Source: Candidatus Bathyarchaeota archaeon | GTDB lineage: Archaea > Thermoproteota > Bathyarchaeia > 40CM-2-53-6 | Direction: 5' to 3' | DNA: 64,000 bases | Assembly: GCA_963733055.1 (NCBI GenBank) | Contig: CAVTBR010000001.1 | Location: forward strand, 224,001 to 288,000 | Shown here: one piece after another, positions 17,571-26,900 of the stretch | Position numbering within the stretch: the stretch's first letter is position 1 | How the letters are laid out: the number at the start of each line of letters is the position of its first letter | Position numbers and translations under genes: made by a program | Notes under the pieces: generated by a model | What the model was told of the DNA's origin: nothing | The model's database searches: none | The model's input: the letters and a program-made list of their open reading frames with translations, nothing else

Positions 17571-19154
17571 TCATTTGATTTCTTTCACGATTCTTTCAGC
17601 ATTCGTTGCGATTTTCCTGATTTCTTCGCTTGTCATGCGTTTTGTTTCCGTACTCCTGAGCATGGCTTCTATCTTCGCGTAGTCCAGAACGTCGATCACA
17701 GTGGGCACCCTCACTGCGTCACCTACAATGAGTGCCGTCCGCATTGGAATTGACTGAGCAATGTTAGTCCAGACCTTGGCTTTCGGAACACCAGCCAAAG
17801 CGGCGGTTAAATCCTTAGGATCTTTGAGCGAGAGGATTATTCGATTTCCAAGTTGGCTCATAACTTCGTCGTCGATCTTGCTCGGGCGTTGGTCAATTAT
17901 TGAGACTACAAGATTGAACTTTCGCATCTCCCTCGCTAAGACGCTGAAAATGGTGAGTTCAGCAACTTCTGGGGCGAGGAACTTGTGAGCCTCTTCAAGG
18001 AATACGACTAGTCTCGGAAGTTCTTCGCCTTTGTCGCTGTAGATTTCGTGGAGTCTCCGTGATATTACGTTGGCCACGAACAGGTAGACCATGGATTCTT
18101 TGCCGTACTTACCGAAGTCCAAGACAATCGACTTGCCCTCCTTGACTTTTCTGAGCATTACGGTGAAGGAGTCTTCCTTTGCGGACTTAGGCTTCGGTCT
18201 TAGAAATTGCAGGCGATCCAGACGGCCGATTCTAGCCTGAAGACCCATCAGGGTGGAATCCGGTATCGTCTTGATACTTCCTGGCTGAGTGCTCTTAATT
18301 GCCGCGAGCAAGTCATCACGTGTTCGTGTCCCATTTATCGTCCAGATGGCGTCCTGCATCCGTGTTGTAAGGTCAGTGATCGCGAGAATCAGGTCTTCTG
18401 GAGTTATGGAGCTGGGATCTATGAAGAATGGTGTAGCCTCCCGGTTCCTGTCTGGATCAAGGGTGAGCCATTCGATTTTTTCCGGAAAATAGAATTTTAG
18501 TCCCCGCGAATTGTCAGTCGCAGAATATGTACCGTATTCGTTATGCATATCGAAGAGGAATACTGAAGCTGCTTCAGTCTTTAAGATGAAGTTGCAGATT
18601 ATCTTGTTAAGGAAGGACTTGCCAGCACCCGTCCGCCCAAGTAGAGCGAAGGCCTTCTGCGTGAGTTTGTCAAAATCTATTGGGATAGCGAAGTCAGGTA
18701 TTCCTCTAAGATTTCCAATGGGCATCGAGGTCTTGGTGGGCTGATAGATCACTTTGACGTCTTCAGCGGTGGCGAATCTCACTTTGGTAAAGTATTGAGG
18801 AATAGTCTCCACGTCAGTGAGTGTTCCGTCCTTTTTGTCGATCAACTGAATTGGTTCTAGTAGAACCTTTGAGTAGAATATGCTACCGAAGTATCCTTTT
18901 TGCATTCCCGGTGAAACGGCCGGGATTGCTCTTTTTCCTAGGTCTGAGGTAGCTAGTGTATCCACAATTTCAAGAGGAGGGTTGAATACATCCATCACGA
19001 CGCAGTAGAAGTCATATTTGTCACCTTCAGCGATAACGGGGTAACCTGTTTTAATGTTCTCTGGACTTGTAAGGCTAAGTTTGACGTTTATCCCGCCGGA
19101 AACCGATGCATCGACAACTTCTCCCACTGCACGTTTCTCATCGCCTTCTGTCAT
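17571..19154 (-). CDS. herA: HerA DNA translocase/helicase
   Basis: N-term HAS barrel; LLGRTGAGKS; FDMHNEY; FLEEAH; AREMRKF; DQRPS. Confidence 0.92.
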   Translation of the reverse strand: MTEGDEKRAVGEVVDASVSGGINVKLSLTSPENIKTGYPVIAEGDKYDFYCVVMDVFNPPLEIVDTLATSDLGKRAIPAVSPGMQKGYFGSIFYSKVLLEPIQLIDKKDGTLTDVETIPQYFTKVRFATAEDVKVIYQPTKTSMPIGNLRGIPDFAIPIDFDKLTQKAFALLGRTGAGKSFLNKIICNFILKTEAASVFLFDMHNEYGTYSATDNSRGLKFYFPEKIEWLTLDPDRNREATPFFIDPSSITPEDLILAITDLTTRMQDAIWTINGTRTRDDLLAAIKSTQPGSIKTIPDSTLMGLQARIGRLDRLQFLRPKPKSAKEDSFTVMLRKVKEGKSIVLDFGKYGKESMVYLFVANVISRRLHEIYSDKGEELPRLVVFLEEAHKFLAPEVAELTIFSVLAREMRKFNLVVSIIDQRPSKIDDEVMSQLGNRIILSLKDPKDLTAALAGVPKAKVWTNIAQSIPMRTALIVGDAVRVPTVIDVLDYAKIEAMLRSTETKRMTSEEIRKIATNAERIVKEIK

Positions 19155-20173
19155 CTTCCCCTACCTCCGGATTTGGTCATAATATCCAAATACTCATGAA
19201 AGGCGTCGCGTCTTCTGCCGTCAATGTTGGTTCTTCCCCATACCGCTTCCGCAGGAGAAATTCCGTTCTCCGTCGCAACTCTGAACAAGAGATCGTCGTA
19301 GAGCTGGGAAAATCTTCTCAATTCTACTGCCGCCTTATGTGCTTCCGCAAGCGGGTAGATATATCCAAGGCAGAGTTGAGATCGAGCGAATTGGGCCAAT
19401 CCTCCAAAGATTTCGGCGGGGTTAGAGTCTTTTGAAATAACATCGGTTCTGAACCATTTCGGAGCGTCCGGATGATACTTTACGAAATAGATTACTCCTT
19501 TCGGGCCGAGAGTTGTCACGCGAGGTTGGGGTGGTACCGCATAAACTAGCCCTTCAGCCTTTGTATATTGTAGAAGCTCCTCATCTGCCATGGAGAGTCC
19601 GAAAAGGTTCACATTGGAATCTTTTGAAATACCTACCAATGTGTTTCCATTTGTGGCGCATGCGTCAATCAATTCTTCCACCTTGGACTTGATTTTCCGC
19701 AAGGGAGGGGCAGTCAAGGTTCCATCAAGGACTATTGTCACACCGGTTCTTCTCTTAGCTACCCAAGCTGCGAGTTCGAGCTCGCGAAGAATGCGGGCGT
19801 ATGCTGCCATGCGCTTCGGCGCTTCGCTGCGTCTCTTGGCGGTCAGGCTTTGCAATTCTAATGCAAATTCATCTATTTGTGAGGCTAGTTTCCTCTCCGT
19901 TGTTACAAGTTGAGCGGCCTCGTTCACATTACATGCTTCAATGTTGTAGCTTTGATCATGTCCAAATTCGTAAGTGAGAGCCACGGCGCGAATTGCGATC
20001 ACCCATAGGCTTGACATTCTGTAGATGGGAGCATACGAGCCATCTATGGCGACAACCTTAGTTGGGTGGTCGCTCAGGGAGAACGGAATTACATCTATCC
20101 GTGGCAGTTGTCCTTCTGCCTCCTCTCTGGACCGCGTCCAATGATTCGAAATGATGGCGAAGGCTTTTCTCAC
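19151..20173 (-). CDS. nurA: NurA 5'-3' nuclease
   Basis: VAIDGS, IVLDGTL, GISKDS, GYIYPLAEAH; ATGA overlap with herA. Confidence 0.9.
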   Translation of the reverse strand: MRKAFAIISNHWTRSREEAEGQLPRIDVIPFSLSDHPTKVVAIDGSYAPIYRMSSLWVIAIRAVALTYEFGHDQSYNIEACNVNEAAQLVTTERKLASQIDEFALELQSLTAKRRSEAPKRMAAYARILRELELAAWVAKRRTGVTIVLDGTLTAPPLRKIKSKVEELIDACATNGNTLVGISKDSNVNLFGLSMADEELLQYTKAEGLVYAVPPQPRVTTLGPKGVIYFVKYHPDAPKWFRTDVISKDSNPAEIFGGLAQFARSQLCLGYIYPLAEAHKAAVELRRFSQLYDDLLFRVATENGISPAEAVWGRTNIDGRRRDAFHEYLDIMTKSGGRGR

Positions 20174-20207
20174 GTCGTCTTCGATATCGCTTAGGTGGAT
20201 GATGTCG

Positions 20208-22565
20208 CTAGACGTTCCGCGGCGCCTCCAAAATCATGCTGTGCTGCTCGGGCGTCATGTAAACTCTGATGCGTGATGGAAATTGATCAGCAACTTCCGT
20301 GATATGTGTGATTAGAATCACTTTCTCGAACATGTCACCTAGTGTGAATAGTTTCTTAATGAAGAGTGTTCTACTCTGTTCGTTGTCGAGGGAACCTAGA
20401 TCGCCTTCGTCTATAAACAGCGTCCTCATGTTTCCATATGACTTTCCAACTTGAGGCATGCTAGCTAACTCTTTCGCAATCGAAAATCGGAGGGCTGCAT
20501 TCACCTGTGTCTTTTCGCCGCCACTGAAAATGGAAACATCATGAAACAATCCATCAACCCCTTCAACTTCGATTCTGACGCCTCCTCCTCTCGTGTCGGT
20601 GTAGGGCGTTAGACGGATATTGTTGAGTCGGTTGTCAGTGAGTTCGCCTAAGATGAATGAGGATTCCCGACCAATACCCTGAAGCAGCTGATTGATCGCA
20701 TAGATTAGAATGCCTTTTCGGTGGAATACTTCCTCTTTCAGGATCGTGTATATCTCTTGTTTTGCGGTAAGCTCCTTTACTGACTTTTCTAGCTTTGTGA
20801 TTTCCGGTTTAAGCTTCTCTAACTCTATCACTTGTTCTTTCAGCTGTTTTTGTTTTCCTTGCGCCTCTCTGGTATCCCCAACCGCTTTGTCAACCCTCTT
20901 GCGTATTTCATCCAATTCGTCGGACAGGATCTTGTAGTTCTGCTCGTGCTCTCGTAACTTTTGTTCCTGGTCTTTCAGTCTTTGAAGGTCTTTTGTTAAT
21001 TGTGATGTTTTGAGGCGGAGTTCAATTATCAATGCTCGTTGATCTGGGAGGCTGTCGAGTCTGTCACGCCTTTTCTCGTAGGTTAAAGCTTCACGTTTAA
21101 TTGAGTTTAGTCTTGACCGAACTTGGCTCAGTCTTTCCTTTGTCTTTGTTGAGAAACCGATAGTCCGTTTGCTTGCCTCCAGCCGAGTAATCTGGGCTTG
21201 TTCTGTCCTTACTTGCGCAGCGTTCTTGGTCCGAACTTTGCTTAGATCTTCATCTAGTCGTCGCATCGACGAGTCTATTTCTGTCTTGATGAAGACGTCC
21301 CCCGTGATTAGTGCAGTTCGTTTTGAGAGTGAGGGGAGTTGCTTGGAGACGGTGACCTTTTCCTTCTTCAACTGCGCGACTAGGTTATGGTTGTCTTTAA
21401 GCCAGTTGAGTTCCCTTTCTATTCTTTCTCTTCGCTCATTAAGGGCGCCTTCCAGTCTGAGTATGTTGAACGCCTCGTCCTTGCCTAAACTGGTCTTGAG
21501 AGGGTTCAGGCGTCTCTGGTATTCGTCGAGTCTCTTGCGATAAGTCTGGGCCTGAGCTCGAAAGGAAGCATTGAATTTCGTGATGTTGTCAGCGTGGATT
21601 TCAATTTTCTGATCTATAGTTAGTATCTTCTGTTCCAGGCCCTGGAGTCGGTTTTCTTCCTTTGTAAGACCTGAGTACTCTTCTGAGGTTTTCTTTAGGT
21701 TCTTGACTTCCAGAGAAAGTTCGCTTCGTTCTTTATCGTTTCTTTCCGCTTCGTGCAGTTTTTGAGCCGCCTCACCGAGATCGCCATCCAAAGTCTTAAT
21801 GCCGTCGGAAACCTTGCCGTAAGTATCGTGGAGCGCTTGAAGTTTCGCAACTGTCCCTTTCTTTTCAGATTCTTGCTTCTTGAGTTCGTTAGCACTTTCC
21901 TTCAGCCCTTTAGCTTGTAACTCGGCCGTCTGTAGTTGCTTCCTCTTTTCAGGGAGGATATGTTCGTATGATTTCTCCATCTCTTCCATTCGAGTGGAGG
22001 CACGTAATGCGGTGTCTCTGGATTCTTTGAGACGTTCATCTGCTATCTTCTGAGCTCTCTCGAAAGCTTCCAGCCGAAATAACCGTTGGAAAATATCAAG
22101 CCGTTGTGCGCCGGTTTCGGAACCAATAGCTTTCATTTCGTCTTGACGGATAAATGTGGAATTTCTAAATCCGATGTAGTCGAGACCAACTATGTTGATG
22201 ATTTCACGTTGGATCTCTGTTGTGCTACCTCCTATTGCTTTGATGTTCTGATTGAGCGCTAGATAGTTGCGGCCAGCTTTGCGACCGCGTACGATCTCAA
22301 ACTTATTTCCGCTTTGATAGAACTCGAGGCGAACGTGTCCGTTCTTGTCAACAAAATCTTCGATTTTCAGCTTCTCATCGGTGCGGGAGGAATCGCCGTA
22401 CAATGCGAAGGTTATTGCATCCAAGATTGAGGACTTGCCGGATCCTGTGGGACCCGTAATCACCGTGAATTGTTCTTGGAAGGGTATCCTTGTAGGGTTT
22501 TTGTAGCGCATGAAGCCCTCTAATTCGATCGAATCTATCACGAAGCCAGAGGGGGGTTGACTCAT
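20208..22565 (-). CDS. rad50: Rad50/SbcC ABC ATPase with coiled coil, no Zn hook
   Basis: GPTGSGKSS, FIRQDE, FSGGE, LFIDEG..GSLD, LITH; no cysteine in the protein. Confidence 0.92.
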   Translation of the reverse strand: MSQPPSGFVIDSIELEGFMRYKNPTRIPFQEQFTVITGPTGSGKSSILDAITFALYGDSSRTDEKLKIEDFVDKNGHVRLEFYQSGNKFEIVRGRKAGRNYLALNQNIKAIGGSTTEIQREIINIVGLDYIGFRNSTFIRQDEMKAIGSETGAQRLDIFQRLFRLEAFERAQKIADERLKESRDTALRASTRMEEMEKSYEHILPEKRKQLQTAELQAKGLKESANELKKQESEKKGTVAKLQALHDTYGKVSDGIKTLDGDLGEAAQKLHEAERNDKERSELSLEVKNLKKTSEEYSGLTKEENRLQGLEQKILTIDQKIEIHADNITKFNASFRAQAQTYRKRLDEYQRRLNPLKTSLGKDEAFNILRLEGALNERRERIERELNWLKDNHNLVAQLKKEKVTVSKQLPSLSKRTALITGDVFIKTEIDSSMRRLDEDLSKVRTKNAAQVRTEQAQITRLEASKRTIGFSTKTKERLSQVRSRLNSIKREALTYEKRRDRLDSLPDQRALIIELRLKTSQLTKDLQRLKDQEQKLREHEQNYKILSDELDEIRKRVDKAVGDTREAQGKQKQLKEQVIELEKLKPEITKLEKSVKELTAKQEIYTILKEEVFHRKGILIYAINQLLQGIGRESSFILGELTDNRLNNIRLTPYTDTRGGGVRIEVEGVDGLFHDVSIFSGGEKTQVNAALRFSIAKELASMPQVGKSYGNMRTLFIDEGDLGSLDNEQSRTLFIKKLFTLGDMFEKVILITHITEVADQFPSRIRVYMTPEQHSMILEAPRNV

Positions 22566-23768
22566 TCTTCAAGCGCCTCCTTCAGAATCTCAATCCCTTT
22601 AGCAAGTAACTCGTCTCTTTGCCTATGCTTCGCGTAGTTCACTTCAATGAACGATTCGAGGAGGACCTGAGGCGTCATTATGCCAGCCTCAGGGAAGCCA
22701 CCGATGGGTTTCGTCAGAATTGGTACCCATTTGACTTTGTAATCGAAAGTTGGTCGGAGGGCCTCTGCAAGTCGAGTTTCTTGTATCAGTCTGCGAATCC
22801 CTTCGGGAAGTACGATCTCGACTCTCACCATCTTGTCCTTAATGTCAGGTGGTATTTGGTTGATGATTGTTTGCGTGGGGTTTGTATCTCCTGAATCAAT
22901 CCTCACGAGGATACGAACCATTTCTCGTGTCGGGAAATTATGAAACTCCCATTTCATGTCGACTGGGTCAATCGTTAGGAAGTGTTTCTCGCCCTCACGT
23001 TCACCCCAATCAATCCTCTCCACTGCGCCAACGAAAAGGATAGGGATACCTCGCACTTCTTTCGTTTGGCTTAGGTGGACATGGCCGAAAATCCCCATGT
23101 CGATATTGTCAGGTATCATTGAGGCGTTGAATTCAATCTCTCCCGGGTCGATTTCAGGAGTGACGGACGAGCTTAGGTCGGTGCCCTCGAAGTAATAGTG
23201 CGCCAGTAAAATCCTTGAATCAGCTTGCTGTCTTGAATACTTCTGAAGCAACTCCGCAATAATCTCGCGCCCAACCTCCTGTCTCTGATCCTCTGAGACT
23301 CCTGCCAATCCGCGATCAGTTTGCCCTATCAGGCTGTCGGGGTACAGGAAAGGCATGATCAAGAAGGAAATTTCCCTGCCCGCGACTCTTTCTATCCTAC
23401 ACTCTGGCTTCCTAAAGACGTGAACATTCGAATACCCTCGAAAATCGTCGATGGACGTCCCTCTACGAAACTCCCGCGGTTGGTCATGATTTCCGGCAAG
23501 AATGAAGACTGCTACTCCAGCTCGTGCAAGCGGTTCAATCACATCGTTTCTTACGTATTCGCGAAAGATTGGTGCGACGTGAGTTCTGTCGAAGAGATCA
23601 CCGAGGATGACAAATATCGAGGCCCGGTTCTCAATTGCATAGGCAGCAGCTCGTACTAGGTTGTGGTGCATATCGAGAGCGCGTTTCAGAGACGCCTGTC
23701 TGGGGATCAATTCTGATGTCGAAGTTGATTCCCTCATGAACATCTCCCACTACTACGATTTCGTTCAA
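22562..23768 (-). CDS. mre11: Mre11/SbcD nuclease, frameshifted at ~23685
   Basis: GDLFD, AGNHD, LAHY, FGHVH. The missing first motif (VVVGDVHEG) lies in another frame starting at TTG 23768; removing one base at ttt 23684-23686 restores it. Confidence 0.9.
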
Positions 23769-24030
23769 GGTATTCGCTTGATTTAATTGCTCTTCATTGT
23801 ATCTCTAGGTTATTATTAAAAACTAAAGGCTAGAGTGGTTATTGAATCAAAGTAAGCGACTTACCATTGATTATCAATCTCGATGACGCCTGAGAGATAA
23901 CCAAACTATCGTGCTTGTCATAGTTTCATTCATCTCTGAGCCACCCCAAAATTCCAGTTTCTGAAGACTCAGAGACATCTCATCCAACTCTCCGGGCGTT
24001 ATTTGGTAACATCAGTCTTGTCAAAAATTC

Positions 24031-24198
24031 ATGCAAACAGTAAACTGTCCAATTTGCGGAACCGAATTGCTCGGCCAGCAAGGTTACCCATTGCTACGTT
24101 GCCTTCCCTGCGATTGTTGGTTTGAGCGTCAACCAAACGGTTCGGTGGTTTCTCTTCATGTTGCAGCGCTTTTAGCCGCTGGCCGGGTTGCGGTATGA
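24031..24198 (+). CDS. Small Zn-ribbon protein (55 aa)
   Basis: My translation: MQTVNCPICGTELLGQQGYPLLRCLPCDCWF...; ATGA overlap with the next ORF. Confidence 0.65.
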   Translation: MQTVNCPICGTELLGQQGYPLLRCLPCDCWFERQPNGSVVSLHVAALLAAGRVAV

Positions 24199-24605
24199 TA
24201 TTCGAAGACAAGTCCACAGAGTGCCAGCACTGCCACAAGAAGAAGCTGATACTGATCAGCCATGTCAGGACGACGGAGCGGGACACGAAGACATTCATCT
24301 CCACGCTTCAATGCGACCTCTGCCACCGAGAATACACTCTAAGAGACGGCAAACTCGCGGAGAAACGAGAGGAACGAGACCCGGTCGCCGAAAGCATCGC
24401 CATGCATAAGGCCGAAGTAGACGCGGTCCGGAACCGACGTTGTCCTCATTGTGGCGGACCAATCGATGATTTCCTTACTTGCGATTGGTGCCATGAAAAA
24501 TACGCGGTGAAGAGCGGAGAACTCGTACGTAGAATCGAAGACTTGCTGTCCAGACAGCGTAAGCCCAGGATAAACGAGTTCTATGTCATCAGCACGAAGC
24601 AGTAG
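24195..24605 (+). CDS. Double Zn-ribbon protein
   Basis: CQHC..CDLC and CPHC..CDWC. Confidence 0.7.
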   Translation: MIFEDKSTECQHCHKKKLILISHVRTTERDTKTFISTLQCDLCHREYTLRDGKLAEKREERDPVAESIAMHKAEVDAVRNRRCPHCGGPIDDFLTCDWCHEKYAVKSGELVRRIEDLLSRQRKPRINEFYVISTKQ

Positions 24606-25041
24606 TCGTTATACTATTCACGCTCAGCGGTCATGCACCAGTTGCCACCAGATCACCGACCAGACTTCGGTAGGATGCCGATACAGTGACGTCGAAGTTC
24701 CTAAGGTTCCAAAGGCTTACCTGAAGCACGTCGAGTGGGTTTGTGATTGGTGCGGTAATTGTGAGGAGGAGGTCAAAGAGGTTCTTGAGCCCACTGATAG
24801 GATGAAGCTAGTGAAGAGGTTGTTGAGTATTCAGGAAGACAATGACGTATTGGGCTTCACTAAGTTCGGATCCGAACGTGATCTCGATCAGAATTCGTCT
24901 GATCCTCAACATTACGCTGAACATCAGAATGACTCCGGCGTGGGAAAAAGCAGATTACTCTATCCTGAGGTTAGTAATGTGCTCTTAATTTCCTTCTTCT
25001 CTATAGCGACCAAGACTCCGCTGAGTATGCCATCCGTATAA
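24583..25041 (+). CDS. Zn-ribbon protein
   Basis: CTSC..CDWC; overlaps the previous ORF; the 3' end overlaps the convergent gene, so the end is uncertain. Confidence 0.55.
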   Translation: MSSARSSSRYTIHAQRSCTSCHQITDQTSVGCRYSDVEVPKVPKAYLKHVEWVCDWCGNCEEEVKEVLEPTDRMKLVKRLLSIQEDNDVLGFTKFGSERDLDQNSSDPQHYAEHQNDSGVGKSRLLYPEVSNVLLISFFSIATKTPLSMPSV

Positions 25042-25898
25042 TTACTACCGGGATTAATGCAAAGAGTCTTTCCTATCTTATGCATGCCCATTGCTTCGTG
25101 AATATGCCCGTGTAGGCTGAGAAGCGGTTGATATCGTTGAATCAAATCTAAGACTGCTTTGCTGCCTACGTGCTCAGTTTCTCCACGCGCAGACACTTGC
25201 AGGCCGTTCTTTAGCTTCGGAGCGACATCCAATCCCGAGCCGAAGGGGGGATCATGGAGATTGAAGACAGAGCTCTGCAAATCCCGTATTTTGGCAACCA
25301 TCGTTTCGATTTTTTTCGCTAATTCCTCTTCGCTGCATTCCCTTGGGGTGTGCCAGGGTGTGGGGTTAGACCATCCGCAGCTCAACATCTCATGATCAGC
25401 GTCCAAATCTAATATCTTGCCTTCGGAATTCACGAGAACGTCGCTTTTCTGAAGAACTTCGTCGATGAACTCATAGTCATCATTTCCCGGACATACAATA
25501 ATTCTCTTACCGGTGGCCTTGAATTCGGTTTGAGCAATCTCGCTCCATTCCTTCAGTCTTTCAGTTATTTTTTCTTTGAAGATAGTCTCAGCCACTTTCT
25601 TTTCTCCAAGATCCTCCATCTGCCCGGCTTCGGTGGAATATGCATACAGTCCTGAATCAGCTATAAGCGCCTCATGCGCTTGCAGTTCCTGCCGGTTCTT
25701 TAATGTCCATTTTCTTCCCAAGAAACTTGAAGTGAAGGTTCCGTCGCTCTGATGAACAATCGGAACAATCGCCTTGCCGGTTATGTCTCCCCCTACAATT
25801 ACAACATCGGCTTTGTAGAATTTCCTCGCCTTTACAACTTTGTTCCAACATCTTGTGGAGCCATGAATGTCGGTACAAAAGAACACCTTCGTGATCAA
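24960..25898 (-). CDS. Icc-like metallophosphoesterase
   Basis: TDIHGS, GGDITG, PGNDD, LHDPP, HGHIHE, INPGS. Confidence 0.9.
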   Translation of the reverse strand: MITKVFFCTDIHGSTRCWNKVVKARKFYKADVVIVGGDITGKAIVPIVHQSDGTFTSSFLGRKWTLKNRQELQAHEALIADSGLYAYSTEAGQMEDLGEKKVAETIFKEKITERLKEWSEIAQTEFKATGKRIIVCPGNDDYEFIDEVLQKSDVLVNSEGKILDLDADHEMLSCGWSNPTPWHTPRECSEEELAKKIETMVAKIRDLQSSVFNLHDPPFGSGLDVAPKLKNGLQVSARGETEHVGSKAVLDLIQRYQPLLSLHGHIHEAMGMHKIGKTLCINPGSNYTDGILSGVLVAIEKKEIKSTLLTSG

Positions 25899-25967
25899 AC
25901 GTTACTCAACACCATTCAACTTGCGAATCATTGCGCGTTACATTAAACCGTGCAAGGTACTGAACGG

Positions 25968-26783
25968 TTAGGTTCCTCGCTTGTTTAGCGCCTCTTGCCA
26001 CTTTTGAGCGCTGACTGTTTTCTCAGATTGTTCCTCAACTTCGTTGTACCATTTCTTTCTCGGCCCGATGGAGGCCCGCAATTTCCATGAGGAAGACTTT
26101 GGCTCTCTTTCCAATCTTGAAGAGATATTTTCTATCTTGGACTGAAGGAAGTCGACTTCGTCGTGGGAAAGAACATCATCTAATTTTTTGGGAGCGACAT
26201 TATTGATCTTGTTAAGGTTTGTACGGACGGTATAGTAGAATCCCCAGTCATTTGAAAGGAGCCTTGCAATATAGTTGACATCGATGTTCTCTCTGTCTTC
26301 CTCTTCTGCTAGGGAATGTTCGAGGATTAGTACAGTGATATCGTCAATATCTCGTTCATCAATTCTCACAATTTGCAGTTTTTGCAAGAGTATGTCAGCG
26401 AGGCTGATCGTTGGATAGTCCAATTCGAGCCTATCTTCAAGGTGGATCGTATGGCACATGGCAATTTTGCCGAAGAAGACATCCAAGGTTAGCTGCCCAT
26501 TGTAGTATATGTCACGACTCAGCCCCGTGATCGTCTTTCTCTCGTAACCTCGTTTCTCAAGGAACTCTCTAAGAGGTCTTTGATGATGTGCTACAGTTAC
26601 AAGATCTATATCGTGGAGTTTTCTTCTCATCTTGTTCTCATGTAGTTCATTATACCTAGTACAATGGATCCTCACTGCACATCCGCTCGTTACTCGAGCA
26701 ACAACCCCTAACTCTCGAACCTTCTCGACTATGCTTATCGCTTCACGGACGAACTCCTGATCGCCGGGAACAGTTGAAGTCAA
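25968..26783 (-). CDS. Nucleotidyltransferase-fold protein
   Basis: VTSGCAV..HDIDL..LDVF, a pol-beta-like signature; LLQKLQI..ERDIDD. Confidence 0.65.
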   Translation of the reverse strand: MTSTVPGDQEFVREAISIVEKVRELGVVARVTSGCAVRIHCTRYNELHENKMRRKLHDIDLVTVAHHQRPLREFLEKRGYERKTITGLSRDIYYNGQLTLDVFFGKIAMCHTIHLEDRLELDYPTISLADILLQKLQIVRIDERDIDDITVLILEHSLAEEEDRENIDVNYIARLLSNDWGFYYTVRTNLNKINNVAPKKLDDVLSHDEVDFLQSKIENISSRLEREPKSSSWKLRASIGPRKKWYNEVEEQSEKTVSAQKWQEALNKRGT

Positions 26784-26900
26784 TCGGGAAACTCCCTAAG
26801 AGTCACCAGCTTATCGGTGACTTTCAGCAGATAACCACATGTCAGACATGCGCGATTGGCCGTGCCGGTCTGGCTACGATGCATTTGTCTGGGAATGTTT

